This document shows, piece after piece, positions 24,748-38,310 of a stretch of DNA of 64,000 nucleotides. The position numbers were made by a program, and so were the translations under genes. Every line of letters starts with the position of its first letter. The first letter of the stretch is position 1. This DNA is from Lama glama (Eukaryota): contig CM052816.1 of NCBI GenBank assembly GCA_028534125.1, forward strand, positions 98,458,001-98,522,000. The letters are read 5' to 3'. Below the pieces are notes generated by a model. It searched no databases and was not told the DNA's origin. It worked only from the letters and a program-made list of their open reading frames with translations.

Positions 24748-24994
24748 GAAAGATGGAATCATTTTGAAATCCCAGTCAAAATGTGGAATAGATAAACAAA
24801 ATTACACTGTATAGCACAGGGAAATATATACAAGATCTTTTGGTAGCTCACAGAGAAATAAAATGTGACAATGAATATATATTTGTTCATGTATAACTGA
24901 AAAATTGTGCTCTACACTAGAATTTGACACAACATTGTAAAATAATTATAAATCAATAAAAAATTTTAAAAAATATGTAAGAAAGATGGAATCA
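24748..24994 (+). mobile_element. Young camelid L1 3' end with a 14-bp TSD and a 17-bp inverted 5' tip
   Basis: TSD gaaagatggaatca at 24748-24761 and 24981-24994. The body is the reverse complement of the other tail copies. attttgaaatcccagtc (24761-24777) is in the opposite L1 orientation. Confidence 0.92.
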
Positions 24995-26399
24995 AAGAGC
25001 AGAAGTCTCTAGGTAAACACAGAAGAATGAAGCTATGTTACAAGCCCTGACACCAAAGATGGGATGGAGCAGAGAAGGCATACCTTAAACTTTCTCTCAT
25101 TTTATCCTCAGATCTGCCAGAGAATCTCGTTGACCAAAGTCAACTAGTTCCAGGAAAAAGGGAGGCTGTGCAGTGCAGTTCACAGGGGTATGAGCTGAGC
25201 AGAGAAGGACAGCAAATGAACCTTGGCAGAGCAAAAAGAGAGTGACCAGCATGAAGGATTCACACACCTTATGAGTCTTGATGGGAAGTATAAATTCTGA
25301 AAATTCCAAATGCTTACTTCCTCTGCTTGATCCTGGTATGAATACACGTACTCTTCCAATAAGGGCTGCCTTCCTCAGACTTCAAATTGGGAATCACCAG
25401 TACTTCTGTCTGTTATCTGTTGACACGATGCTGCTTCATGGCAAACACCCATGAGGATTCAGAAGCATACAATAGTAAGCACTTATTAGCCCTTGAGTTT
25501 TGGGGTTAGTGAATTAGAACTTCACCTGGAAAGTTCTTCTGCCCTTGTCTGCGGTCACTCACAAATATAGGGAAGGAGTGCAAGTCAGCTGATGGACAGG
25601 GCTTTGGCAGGGACAACTGGTCAACTCAACACTGCTCCATGTGTTTTGCCCTCTGATGGGCTGATCCAGGCATGTCTCCTGGAGACAACAGCTGAGCAAG
25701 AGCCAAGTAGAATCCACACGCAGTTTTCAACTATTTGCACTCATCGCATCCGCTAACATCCTACCAGGCAAAGCAGCTGCATGACCATAATGAAGGAGTA
25801 AGAAAATAAATGAAATAAACTGTGCCTCTTTAGTGAGAGAAAATGCAAAATTCTGTGGCAAATAGCTTGAGTACAGGGAGGGGTGCAGAATGGGAATAAT
25901 TAATAATAATTAATGCACTTTGTTCACCTTCTGACCAAGATTACTCACATACTTCTGGAGGCAGGTGGGGTTCCCTGCAGTGCTGAGCAGAGATTTGTGT
26001 TCAGGAACTACTCTGGGGAGCAGTTCGTGAAGGGGAGTGAGGGGAGCAGGCAGAACTGAGCAGAAGGTAAATTTTAAATGCACTGCATTTGCAAAAAAGT
26101 CAACAGAGATAGCATGGCCTTTCAGAGCTGTCCCTGACGTGAGGGGAAGGAGCTTGGCCCTCCTACCCCTTGGGTGAGACTGCTCCCCTCAGGAGAACTC
26201 CTGAAGGTAAATACAACTGCGAGTCAGCACGTCACACTCATCGCCGCCTAGGGACTTCACTGGAACCGGAGACAGCGTCTCCAGGTTCTGGTTAATCTCA
26301 TTTCCCGGGAAAACTGAAAGAAGGATGTCACTGTGACAAACTAAAACCTCCAACCCTGCAGTGGCTTGTGGGTCACAACAGACACTTTCCACCAACAAT

Positions 26400-26742
26400 G
26401 TCATATGTGGGGGGGACGCTTTCCCACACCCCCAATGTGCTTGTGTTTGGAGGCAGAACCTTTGGAGGTAATTAGGTTTAGGGGAGGAGGCCTTGAGGGT
26501 GGGGCCCCTGTTCTTATAAGAATAGAAAGCAGAGAGCTTGCTTCTCCTCTCTCTGCGCCTTGTGGAAACAGCGAGATGGTGGTGGCCTACAAGCCAGGAA
26601 GAGAAGCCTCACGCTGAGACGTGAACCTGCCAGCACCTTTATCTCAGACATCCAGCCACTGGAACCATGAGAAAAGAATTCCTGTTATTTAAGCCACACA
26701 GTCCAGGGCAGTTTGTTACGGCACCTGGGGCTGAGGAGTACA
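26400..26742 (+). mobile_element. MLT1A-like (MaLR) solo LTR
   Basis: gcagaacctttggaggtaattaggtttag..gagggtggggccc..tacaagccaggaagagaagcctcac..gccagcacctttatctcagacatccagcc..gttatttaagccac. Confidence 0.85.
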
Positions 26743-27840
26743 CCATCCCTCTCCTCTACGGCTCATTCTGTCTTCCTTTATTCTGAGCTGGTACCTCCAG
26801 TCGTCTGGGTGGCTTTCTGATACTGTGGCCCAAGCCCTTGTGTTTGAAGTCGAGTGACTGGCCCCACAGCATCCTGAAGCTACTGCTGCTGTGGTCGTCC
26901 GTCTAACGTGAAAACTGGACGTGGAAGTTTGCCTGTGGAAATGGCAAAAAAGTGAAGCTGGTCATGTGAATCCTGAGCAGATATCAGTTATCAAAGCTTG
27001 ATAAAGTAAATAAAACCATCATTTAATACACTAGGACTCACCCAAAAGTAACTGGAAATGGTAGGGTGGCAAGTGTATGGCTCCCTGGCCAGGGTCACTG
27101 CCCAATCCGCTCTGCCATGACTGTGGAAACTGGGGCGGGGGTGCAGGGGCAAAGCTGCAGCTGTGTTAGCCAAAGATAATGAGAGCTCAGAGCTGGGGAA
27201 GCAGCTGCAAACACAAAAGGAAGTTCCGCCAGCACAGGAATCATAGGAGCGAGACCAAAACTCAGAGCAAAACTTTCCCAGATCCCCAGCTGACGGCTAA
27301 ACTGTGCACGCAAGAGACCCTCCGTGGATTCAGCAGGAAGATCAGGCAGTAAGGAGGAACCTACTGTTGCAAGACAGCGGGAGGCAGGACCCACGTCGTG
27401 AGTCTGATGGGTTCCTTAGCGAAGCTCACCCTCTAGCTCAGGGGGCAGGCGGCCTGAGGCATCAGAGCACAGTTCAGACCCAGCAGGGCAGCTGAGAACG
27501 ATGGGCATTCCGGAAGCAAGGAACTCGCAGAGACAGGGAGCCCCATCTCTGCCCAGATCCCAGATGCACAATGAAGTTTCATGGCAGAAAGGAGGCAAAA
27601 ACTTTGCAAAAGGGCACAGCTGAAATGGTGGCATCAGAAAGGCCTAAATCTGTTCCACGCTGTGTTACACAGTCGTTTGGACCCCTAAAGTGCATCTCTT
27701 TCGCTGGTCAAAATAGATTGTCATTTTCCCCGTAACTATTAATCACTCCTCAATCGTGTATCTTATACTCAGCTCTATATTACAAAATAGAAAGACTCTA
27801 GTTGTTGGTCTGGTGTCTGTAGATGATCCACTCTGCTAGA

Positions 27841-28130
27841 CCAGTGTCTCCAATAGAAATACGATGCTAACGAAGAAACAAATGAAGTTACTTTTAATAG
27901 ATTTATTTAACCCAGTATATCCAAAATATGGTCATTTCCGCACGCAAGAACGGACACGACGCACATCTCACACACCTCCTTCTGTTCTGGGTCTTCAGAA
28001 TTCTGTGCGTATTTCGCATTTACTCCGTGTTTCAGCTCAGGTGAAAATGCAGTTCCTCGGTCACACCAGCCGTATTTCAAGCACTCCGCAGCCACACCCC
28101 ACTCATGTCCTATGCCCCTGACAACACAGA
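27841..28130. mobile_element. MER3/MER33-like hAT-Charlie element
   Basis: ccagtgtctccaatagaaatacgatgc..tttatttaacccagtatatccaaaatat..cacaccagccgtatttcaagcactc. Confidence 0.65.
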
Positions 28131-30057
28131 GCTCTGCTGTGGTTAATATGGAAATAAAGGGAGCCAGTCCTGCCCCAGAAAATGTACCAAATAGTGGATC
28201 ACGACGAAGAAGTCAAAAGGGGTGAAAATGAGCGAGACCAGGGCTGCCCATGCACTGTAGGAACACGTGGGATGTCTCACCTGAGTTTCCAGGGGTCAGT
28301 GACCGGCTGCCCAGAGGATGTGGCGTTGAGGCTGGGCTGTTCATGGCAGGCAGAGGTGGGAGGTAAGCGTGTTCCAGATAGAGGAAACAGCACGTTTGAC
28401 AACCTACAGAGAGCGTGTGGGGTTTCAACCAATGGCAGTGGCTTCATACAAGCCTGTGACTGTGTTGATCGAGGCCAGTGGAGCTCCCCATCACAGTGTT
28501 CACACTGCAGAGTAGGAGGCCTCTGTCAAATGTTGTCAAAAACCACATCCTGCAGGTGTCTCCACAACCCCTGTGGGAGAGGACAAGTGAGGCTGGTCAT
28601 CTGGATCAGTGAGATGCCATCATGCTGGGTTTGGCCACGCAGTTGGCCAAGAACAGTGAAGACGAAGATTTTAGCACATGTCTTCTTTAGTACTTCTCAG
28701 GAATAGGAGATACACAGGTGTTGAAAACAGTTGTTTTATCTGCTTGGAAAATATTGTGTGTAATGTTGTAAATACCAATAAGCAGTAAATATTGATGTGG
28801 ATCAAATTGCAGTGTGATTTTCCAAGTCACATTTTATTTATCCCTTGATTAGCAGTGATTCCAGCTGGAGTGTCAGGACCTCTGGATCCTGGTCCAAACC
28901 AAGGAAGGTCTGGTGCACTGACTGGAAAGCCATTCTAGCTCATTATTTTAACATATTTTTTAAATGTGCAGTGACTAAGAAAAGTGGAAATCACTTTGGA
29001 ATTTGCAGTGGGATGAACAGTGGAGGGGAAATAATCCACTTAGGTCTAAGGGGCTCTCAACCTTGAAGGTGACTTAAACCCTTTCATATGCTAAACCCCT
29101 CAGCTCTTCTTATTTCCTGGAAGATCTTAATACTATTTGACTGCAAAATCCTATTAAAAGGCCGTTCTATTTACTTGTGAATTTCTCCCATTCCCTCCAT
29201 ATGCTTTATTGGTTTAAAGATGTCAAAGAATTATTGTTATTTTTATAATAATCAAGTGAAAAAGCCTAGTAATTCCATAATGCTAAATAAAACCTTAAAC
29301 TGCCTTGTGTCTTTCTCAGTTACGTGATATTCATTAAATCCACCATTGATAAAAGGTTTTGCTCAAGATTGGCTTTAAAAATCCGTATAAGCATTTTAAG
29401 AGTGGTTAGTATCTCTGTACGTTATGTCTTGTCTCAGCTAAAAACCCTTTTGAAACTAAAATCCTTGCCAGGGGCAAGGGCAGAGGAAAAGCCCCAGCTA
29501 ACAAGCTGGAGGGAAGAGGGAGGCTCCGGCTGTTAGGCTGATGCTGGTGGGGATACAAAGGCATGAAGACGAAAGGGCTGGGGCAGCAGATGCCATGAAG
29601 TGAGTAGAAAATGGCGGGTCTGTATCATCCCTTCCCGCTGGGCTCCTTACTCAGTCTCTATTCTATTTTCTGTGAAATTCTATCTTGCAGTAAAACATGG
29701 AAACTGATAAATTAGAGGCTCCAAAAATAAGTATTATTTTGACATGGACATACTCACAAGTCATCCAGGACCATGTGGCTCTTAGACCAGAAGTAAGACC
29801 CACAGCCCAAGCCCTGGGCTGAGCAGTGCCAGGCAGATTGCCCCTGAAGCTCACTGAAGTCTTGGATCAGGCTCACCAGGGGCAACCCTCAAAAAACATC
29901 TGCCATCTGGTTCCAAGTGTCCTGTGCTAAGGAGTAACACTGCACAGCCCTCATCTTTAATGTGTAAGGAGTGGCTTGTCGTTCAGCCTTTAACTGTACG
30001 ACTGCAAATCGCAGTCCTCAGGAAGTTGTAGTAAGACTCTATCCACCTATTATTTTC

Positions 30058-30152
30058 TATCTAGTCTGTCTATCTATCTACCTATCTATCTATCTATCTC
30101 TCTATCTATCTACCTATCCATCCATCTATCCATCCATCTACCTGTCTGTCTG
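30058..30152. repeat. (TCTA)n/(TCCA)n/(TCTG)n compound tetranucleotide microsatellite
   Basis: Read directly from the sequence. Confidence 0.9.
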
Positions 30153-30439
30153 TGTCTTCGGAACTGCTTTGTAGGATTGAATCACGTCCTCAGAAACATT
30201 GCATATCTATGTTGTAAAAATTATGAACCAAATGATTGACTCATAAGCCTTGTGTCAGTCGTGTTCTTTAAGCACCAGGTTTACGAGGAGTTCAGCAATG
30301 TATGAAGATTGTTACTACATTGCTCCTTTGCTCTTTGTTTTCTGACTTCAGTAATTCTAGCTCTACCCTGTAATTTCCTGTGTGGCTCATTGTCATGTCA
30401 TACTCAGTGTAATGCTTGTATTTACAAGAAAACTGTGTT

Positions 30440-30866
30440 CTTTTTTTATTTTTTTAAACAATTTTTTTATTGAGTTATAGTCATTTTACAATGTTGTGTC
30501 AAATTCCAGTGTAGAGCACAATTTTTCAGTTATACATGAACATACATACATTCATTGTCACATTCTCTTTCGCTGTGAGCCACCACAAGATCCTGTATAT
30601 ACTTCCCTGTGCTACACAGTACAATCCTGTTTATCTATTCTACGTTTTGAAATCCCAGTCTGTCCCTTCCCACCCCCATCCCCTTGGAAACCACAAGTTT
30701 GTATTCTATGTCTGAGTCTGTTTCTGTTTTGTATTTATTTATTTATTTATTTTAGATTCCACATATGAGTGATCTCATATGGTATTTTTCTTTGTCTTTC
30801 TGACTTACTTCACTTAGAATGACATTCTCCAGGAGCATCCATGTTGCTGCAAATGGCATTATGTTC
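30440..30866 (-). mobile_element. Young camelid L1 3' end extending into the ORF2 C-terminus
   Basis: T-rich tail at 30440, the shared 3' UTR, then gacttacttcacttagaatgacattctccaggagcatccatgttgctgcaaatggc (reverse complement of PFAATWMLLENVILSEVS). Confidence 0.92.
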
Positions 30867-31279
30867 TATGATCTACAATTTAAAGAATTCAACTCAGGAG
30901 ACATGTGTTCAGGAGGTGCCAAGCGTTGTGAGAACATGGAATGACACTCTGGGAGACAGCAATCCACACGCAGGAGCAGAGAAGGAGATCAAGCACAAGC
31001 AATACATGCAGCAGTGAAGGGAGCCCCACGGCCACAGGGCAAAGGGTGCTGGCCAGGGGGCTCTATGAAGCTTAGGCCTTTGGGAGGTGAACTGGCTCAT
31101 GGGAGGTGCTGACCGGCAGCTCAGGAGAAGCCACGACAAGCAGGAGCCAGAGCATCACTGTGATGGTGAGCATTCCTCCAGCTAGGGAAGGAGGCGTCTG
31201 AGGAGGAGGCAGAGGACAATGTGAGGGTGGGCTTGTTACAAAGGGAGAAGGAGGATAGAAAAAAAAGTAAGGCATTTTC

Positions 31280-31750
31280 TGTATCAATTGCTGCATAACA
31301 ATCCACCTCCAAAAACTTAGTGACTTAAAATGCAACAACCTAAACAAATAGACACTTTACCATGTCTTGTGATTTTATAACTGACTGGGCTCAGCTAGGA
31401 GGCCCATCTGCTGCATGTGGCTTCGGCTGGAGCTGCAGCGTCTGGGGGCTTGCACCGGGGGGTAGCATTCACGAGGGCTCACTGACGTGGGGGGCCGTTG
31501 TTGCTGCCTGACTGCTGGGAGCTCGCCGTGTTGCTGTGGGGCCTGAGTGTTCCTTCCCATGGGTCCTTTTTTGTGAATGCTTGGGCTTCCTCACAGCATG
31601 GCAGCCAAATTCCAAGGAGAGTTCCAAAGGGCAGGTCCCAGTGGGTAAGTGCTCACCAGCCTCCTCTTGCGTCCACCTTGATGCAGTCCCACTGGCCGTA
31701 TCTAGTCCCCCAGCAATACCCAGGCGTGTGGGAGGAGACTGCACGTGAAA
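31280..31750 (-). mobile_element. MLT1 (MaLR) LTR, older subfamily
   Basis: tgtatcaattgctgcataacaatccacctccaaaaacttagtgacttaaaa..gggctcagctagg..gcttgggcttcctcacagcatggcagcc. Confidence 0.75.
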
Positions 31751-32809
31751 GGGATACTGGAAGGTATGTACTGATGGTTAAAGGTGTGAATTGAAGGATG
31801 CAAAGCAAGGATTCTTTAGGATCCCAAACAAGTGAAGAAAATAGGAAGGGGAAAAGTGAACACAATAATCTGTATGCTGCACAAGGGACTGTGTGCAGGG
31901 GAAAAGGAGTGGTGGTTCCCACTTGGGTGATGGGTGTTGGCCGCCAGCTCTGAAGGTTTCCTGCACAATGAGAAAACTGTTGATATTAGCTTTTGTCTGA
32001 AACTCTAGTGGGCCAAAACAATCTCAAGAAACATCCCACTGGCTGAGGACCCGCCAGACTCTTCCCCTTGGGTAATTAACTGTAACATGTGATCCAGTTA
32101 CGAGATCCAGTGAACTCACTTCAAAGGACGTTTCCAGTGCAGCATACCTAGCTGGTTAGGACAAAAATAAACCCTTAGTTCACCTTGAAGATCAGCTTAA
32201 GTTCAGGATGATATCCCATCAGATTTTCATCCTATTTTGGCTGTCAGACAATCTGAAACCATCCAACCATTTACACACAATTTTCAGAATTCTAAAATGT
32301 GAGGGTCTGGGTATATGAGCATCATGACTTTCTTTCATGGCAGGGGTCTACTGGAAAACATGGGATGGAACTTTTTCACGATGCTGTGGTCCTTCTGCTG
32401 GCTTGTCATTACCTGGACTCCTTTGGCAAGTCTCATCATCCCCCCAGTTCTTGTCATTCCTGCGCCTACCATCCCACAGAGTGTAGATCAAAATACAGGC
32501 TGGACAAAATTGGCCAAGGGAATCAAAATATATTTTGTTTGAACGCTGTCTTACGCTCTTGAGCTAAGTAAGGTAAGGTACTGATGAGTCACAAAAGTGA
32601 GACTTGGAATGTCATATTCTGCCATTGCCACTGAGAATTTTAAGGGAAAAAGAATTTTCAATACATATTCAGCTGCCGGTTATTTGGAGCATGAAAAATA
32701 CCTGTAGGTCTTTAGTTCTGACTCAGTAGCTGACTTTTGAAATGACAACAGTGCCTTTACACTGATTAAATGGTTAACTGTAACTTTAGCAATAAATCCA
32801 ATACCTTTT

Positions 32810-35275
32810 ACTTGAACTGCTTATTTTCTTATTCTTGAGTTTGAGAGTTCTTTATGCACACTGGATATGAGTTTTTTTATCAGACGTAACATCTGCAAAT
32901 AATCCTCCCAGTTTGTGGTTTTTATTTTCATTCTCTTGATTACTTTTCAAAAAGCAAAGTTTTGTTTTGTTTTCAATTTTATAAAGTACAATTTGTCAAT
33001 TTGTCCTTTTGGGGATTATGACTTTGTTGTTTAAGAAATCTTTGCCAAATCCATCATCACAAGTTTTTCTCCCATGTTTTCCTCTAGGAGGTTTGATATA
33101 AACTTAGATTTAAGTTTACAACCGATTTTGAATTATTTGTTGTGCATGATGGAAGATCTAGAAGGAAGATTTTTCTATTATTATTTTTTATGCACAGCTT
33201 TAACAACGTGTTTAAGGGTGCCCTGTCTACACTGAATCACTTTTGCACCTTTGTTGGAGTTCAGTTCTCCACATATGTGTGGATCTATTTCTGGACTCTG
33301 TACCATTAATCTACTTATCTTTACACCAACACCACACTGTCTTGATTATTGTAGCTTTATAATGAGTCCTGAAATAAGATAGCCTAGCCCTCCAACTTTG
33401 TTCTCTCAAAATTTGTATTTTCTATTCTAGATCCTTTGAATTTCCATGTGAAGTTTAGAATCAGTCGGTTTCTACAAACTAAAAAGGATGCTTGGAGTTT
33501 TACTGGAATTAAGTAGAATCTATAGAAATTAGGGATGATCAATTTCTTAATAATTTCTGATCCAAGTATATGGTTTATCTATCTATTTATTTAAAATTTC
33601 TACCAAACATGTTTTGTGGGTTTTAGTATAAAGTCTTTCACATCTTTTGTAAGATTTTTTTCCCTAAGTGTTTCATATTTTCAGTGTTATTGTAAGTAGT
33701 GGGGTTTTAAAATTCAAAATCTGATTGCTCAATGCTAGTATTTAGAAATATAATGGATTTTTATATATCATTTTTTTTATCCTGCAACATTATTAAACTC
33801 ATTTGTTAGTTCTAGATTCTGGTAGAGTCCATTGAACTTTTGATGTAGATAGTTGTGTCAGTCAAGAATAAAGGCAGTTTACATCTTCCTTTCCAACCAG
33901 ATTGCATTTTTCCCCTTGCACTGTTGCACTGGTTGGCACCTCCAGTGCCACGCTGAGCAGAAGTGGCAGAAGTCCTCCTGCTGTTGCTCCTCAGTGTAGG
34001 AAGAAAGCATCCAGTCTCCCCCAGTGAGTAAGATGCTATATGTAGTTTTTTCATAGATACATTTTATCACGTTGAAGAAATTCCTTCTATTTCTAGTCTG
34101 CTGAAAGTTTTTAGCAGGAACAGATGTTAGATTGTGCTAAACAAAAGTTCTTTATCTACTGGGACTATCGTATAGCCTTTTTTTCTTAGTCGGTTAGCAA
34201 GACGGATATTAAACAACAGTTGCATCCTGAAATGAACCTACTTAGTCGTGATGTATTATTCTTTTTTATATATTGATGTATCAGATTTGCTAAAATTTTG
34301 CATGGAATGTTTACACCTATGGCCATGAGTGATGCTTAGTTTTCTCTTCTTCTAATATCTTTGTCTGGCTTTGGCATTAGGATAATGCTGGCCTCATGGA
34401 ATGATTTGAGAAACAGTCCATCCTTAAAATATTGAATAGATACTTCCCCAGAAAGGTATATAGAGAGTAAATGAGCACATAAAATGATGCTAAGCATCAT
34501 TCGTTATCAGGGAAATACAAAGAAAGTAAAAGCCAATGCAGTACCACTACACTTACATTAGAGTGGTGGAAATTTTAAAAGATGGGCCTCGCCAAGTGTT
34601 GGCTGGGATGTGGAACATCTGGAATTCTCATTCACTGCTGTTAGGAATGTAAAATGTCACAACCATTTTGGGAATAAATGTGGCAGTTTCTTCAAAGCTG
34701 TAACATAACTACCGTATGACCCAGCCATTATTCACCCAAGAGAGCTGAAAGTCTATATTCCTACAAAGCTTCATACACAAATACTGATACTAGCTCCTTT
34801 TGAATTAACTCGTCAACAGGTGAAAGGGTGAACAAACAGGTGCATCCATATAATGAGAAGCTACCGAGCAATAAAAAAGAATGACCTCTTGACACAAACC
34901 ACAACTTGCAATAATCTCAAAATAGTATGCTGAGTGAAAGAAAGCAAACCAAAGAAATGCACATGTCACATATGATTCCATTTATATAAAATTGTTACAA
35001 GCACAAACTAATCTAAAGTGACAGAAGGACAGAAAACAGATGATTGGTTGCCTAGATACAAGGGGCGAGGTGGGGCTGGGAGGGTCAGAGGGGACGGATT
35101 GCCAAAGGGCATGAGGAAATTTAACAGTGATGGATATGTTCGTTATCTTGATTATGGCCATGATTTTACAAGTGTATCCATATGTCAAAACTTTATCAAG
35201 TTGTACACTTTAAATAGATGCAGTATAATGAATATCAGTAATATCCTATAAAGCTGTTAAACATAAATAAATACT
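32810..35275. mobile_element. Old L1 with a 5' inversion: ORF2 segment on minus (32810-~34420) joined to the ORF2 end and 3' UTR on plus (~34425-35275)
   Basis: The minus part carries L1 ORF2 antisense motifs (ccacactgtcttgattattgtagcttt, gataatgctggcctcat). The plus part runs ttgaatagatacttcccc..gtatgacccagcc..tatgctgagtgaaagaaagc..ataaagctgttaa. Confidence 0.85.
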
Positions 35276-38200
35276 GTGCATAAAGAAACTTAATTTTTGT
35301 ATAATTCTTATTATTTTTTGCTGGCCAAACATAATGTGTATTTATCATAGACTTGGGGAAACTGAAGAAAGTGAAGAGATGAAAAGTGAAAATAGTCAAT
35401 TATTAAAACACTCCAAAATAACCACCTTTTCAAAAATTCTGTATACTTCCTTTTCTATGGTGTATATACATTTTTCCTGCAAATTTTGTATTGTAAGATG
35501 AATACTATTATGTAACCTGCTGTTTTAGTAAAATAAGCTAAGTACATGACCACGTCATTGAGCCTTTTTAATGAGTTCCTAATGTGCTGCTGGTTATTAA
35601 ACCATTGTCTTGGTAAGTCTATAAATTGTTTCTAATTTTTGCTTTTTAAAAGTACTATAGCAAATATATTTTTATATACAGTTTGGAATATCCCTAATTA
35701 CTTCCTAGCACAAACTTTTAAAACCTTATTTTACATTTAGAAAAAAATTGCTTAGTCAAAATATGTCTCAGGTTTTAAGTCTTTTTGCCTATGTTCCAAA
35801 ATTCAGGATAATTTTTTAAAACAAAATAGCCCTTTCTTTATTAAAAATTAATGCATGCCCATCATTTATACATTCAGTGACACCCACACATATTCAGGAA
35901 AAAATACAGAAATTTACTTTTTAAAGAAATAAATAATTGATTTAGGCTCAGTTGGATCATCTTATTATCTAGTGAATATCAGAGATGTTAGAAAAAGCAA
36001 CTGTTTTTTAAGAGCCGCTTAACATAGACCCAAATCCTAAGAATCAATTTTAATACTGAGTTGTTCTTACTGCTTTTTTAGAATAATGCTGTGAAACACT
36101 CAAAAGGCTTTTCCACGACTGTCATTAAAATTGTGTACTGACCAGTGGCCAGGGACAGTGACTCCATTTTCTTTAGTCAGCAGTGATTTTCTTAGGAACA
36201 AGAGGAAGTGATAACTGATCGTCCTGGGAGCACAGACAGACAGCAGTGGGGCACACAGATCAATTAACAACAAGGCCACGGGCCGGGGTGCTCATTGGCT
36301 CAGGGGCTGTTTCTTCTGAACTGGACCCACAGAGCTGACTTTACCTGGCCAGACACTCAGATTTCCTCAAGCAGAGCCCCTGCCTCCAGAGACGTCACCT
36401 GGTCCCTCACTTCTCCCGAGTCCTCGCTAATTTAGTGCCTTTGTTGACCTATCGAGCGGCAGAAGGAGGGAAGAGATGCTGGAGGCAGGAAGAGCGAATA
36501 AGCCTGGTCTGACATACCACCTTTCCCACCTGCTGCCATTGCCCTGGTCTTCCAGAAGATGCCATGAACACCGTGGAGGAGCCTGCAAGGATCACTCCTC
36601 CAGGGGCCTCCTGGAGGCAGCTGCACTGTGGGTCCTCCTGGTGCCTCCGCCTCCTTGACTGCCCCTCCCTGTCCCAGTAAGGTGCCCACCGGGGCTCCCA
36701 ACAACCCGAGAGCCTTCACCGCCCTCCTCTGCTGTCCTTGGACACACTGGCCAGAGCCTGGGCTGTACGCAGTGTCTAGTGTGCTTGGGTGCATCTGAAT
36801 CATCAGAGCAGTGGCCAGAAATGATTTTCGTGACTATTTGTGCATGCAACACAATCCAGTTTGCACCTGATCCCTGCAACTGACTATTTACGATAGAAGG
36901 CAGGAGGCACTGAGGAGGGGAAGGTGCCAAGGTCCTTTATGGGATAAAGTAAAAGTAAGTGTCCAAAGCTAGCCCAAGGTGACAGGAGCTGTCTGCTTTG
37001 CTTCTGCCGCCTTGGAGCGGGGAGTGAAGTTTAGTATCGGTCTGGGGAGGGTCTGAGGTGGGATCCTGCAGGGACTCCAGGTGGGTGCTCCTTGAGAGAG
37101 TCCACCCACCAGACAGGGAGACTGTCCCTGGTCCCATGCAGGGAATGCAGCACCATCTCTTAGGGCCGTCTCAGTGGCCAGACAGTCTCTTGCTTTGCAG
37201 TCAATACAGGAAGGGGAAAGCAGAACTTCTCCGTTCTCCTGGCGAGGCTCAGGGTGTCTGCAGAGGGCAGCCTCAAGACACAGACGTCAGGCTCATGGTG
37301 TGTGTAGATCTCCCCCAGAAATGCCCACTTCACCAGTGTCGGCACAGGAATGTGTGTTTACACTTCCCTGTCTCTGCAGCCCCACGTGGACACAGACATA
37401 GGACTCCGCGGGCAGTGAGGCAGAAGGAGACAAGCCCGCTTTGCCCTTCCGTCAAGCTGTGTGCTTGCCCTTTCTGCTGAGCGCTCAGAAAGGGCCGTGG
37501 TTTGTTTATGTGTTTTCTTTGGATCATTCTGCTCCAGTCGAGCTCATTTAACAACTTGATCTGGATTTTTTATTGAAGTAGACTGGCAACTTACGCAACT
37601 GTAATAGCCTTGAATCAGGTTTGTTTTTTTAATTTGCAGTTGAAAGGATGCACAGAAATTCCTCGCAGCTCTATAGAAGCTTCCATTGAATGAGCTTCAC
37701 AATTACAGCCCGAGATGATTTGAGACGAGACCCAAAACAGCAGGAAGAGAAAGACCTGTGTCTTAAACGACAAAAAGAAAAGAGGTATTGGGTAAATTAG
37801 CCACAGAACACCGTTCAGCCCCTCACCTACAAAGTGGAACCAAAAGCTCAAATGCGTCTAAATGGAATGAAGTAGGCCAAATGCTGCCCCTGGGTATGCG
37901 CGCTCCGCTACCACTAGCTTCCTAGGAACGCTGCTGGTTTTGCTTAGGCAAATGCACGTTGAATTGCTCGGGTCTGAGCTGGAGCACATGGGCAGACAGG
38001 ACGGCTTCTCCATCACCATCTTTCACCCAGCGCCGTTGCTGCAATGACCCCAAAATGGAAGCTGGTGCTGTCTTTGTCATCAGCTCGGAAGTTCGTTATT
38101 GTCAGCCCCACCTCAGCCTCTTGGCTTCAACTTCTGTAGCTCCTCACAGCTGGTCCCAACCCCAGGTTTCAAATACTCCCCCTTCACCTCTCCCTACTTC

Positions 38201-38310
38201 TGGACTCAGTCCTGCATGTGGGAGAAAACGCCTCAGGAGCCCTTATCTGAGTATCAGTTGAGACCCTGCAGGGTCAGCTTGCAAGTGAAATTTATCATGA
38301 GTGACAGTAG

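Noticed and set aside
32315..32542. 75-aa hydrophobic ORF, possible membrane micropeptide
   Set aside because: No homology recognised and no promoter or poly(A) support; hydrophobicity follows from T-rich sequence.
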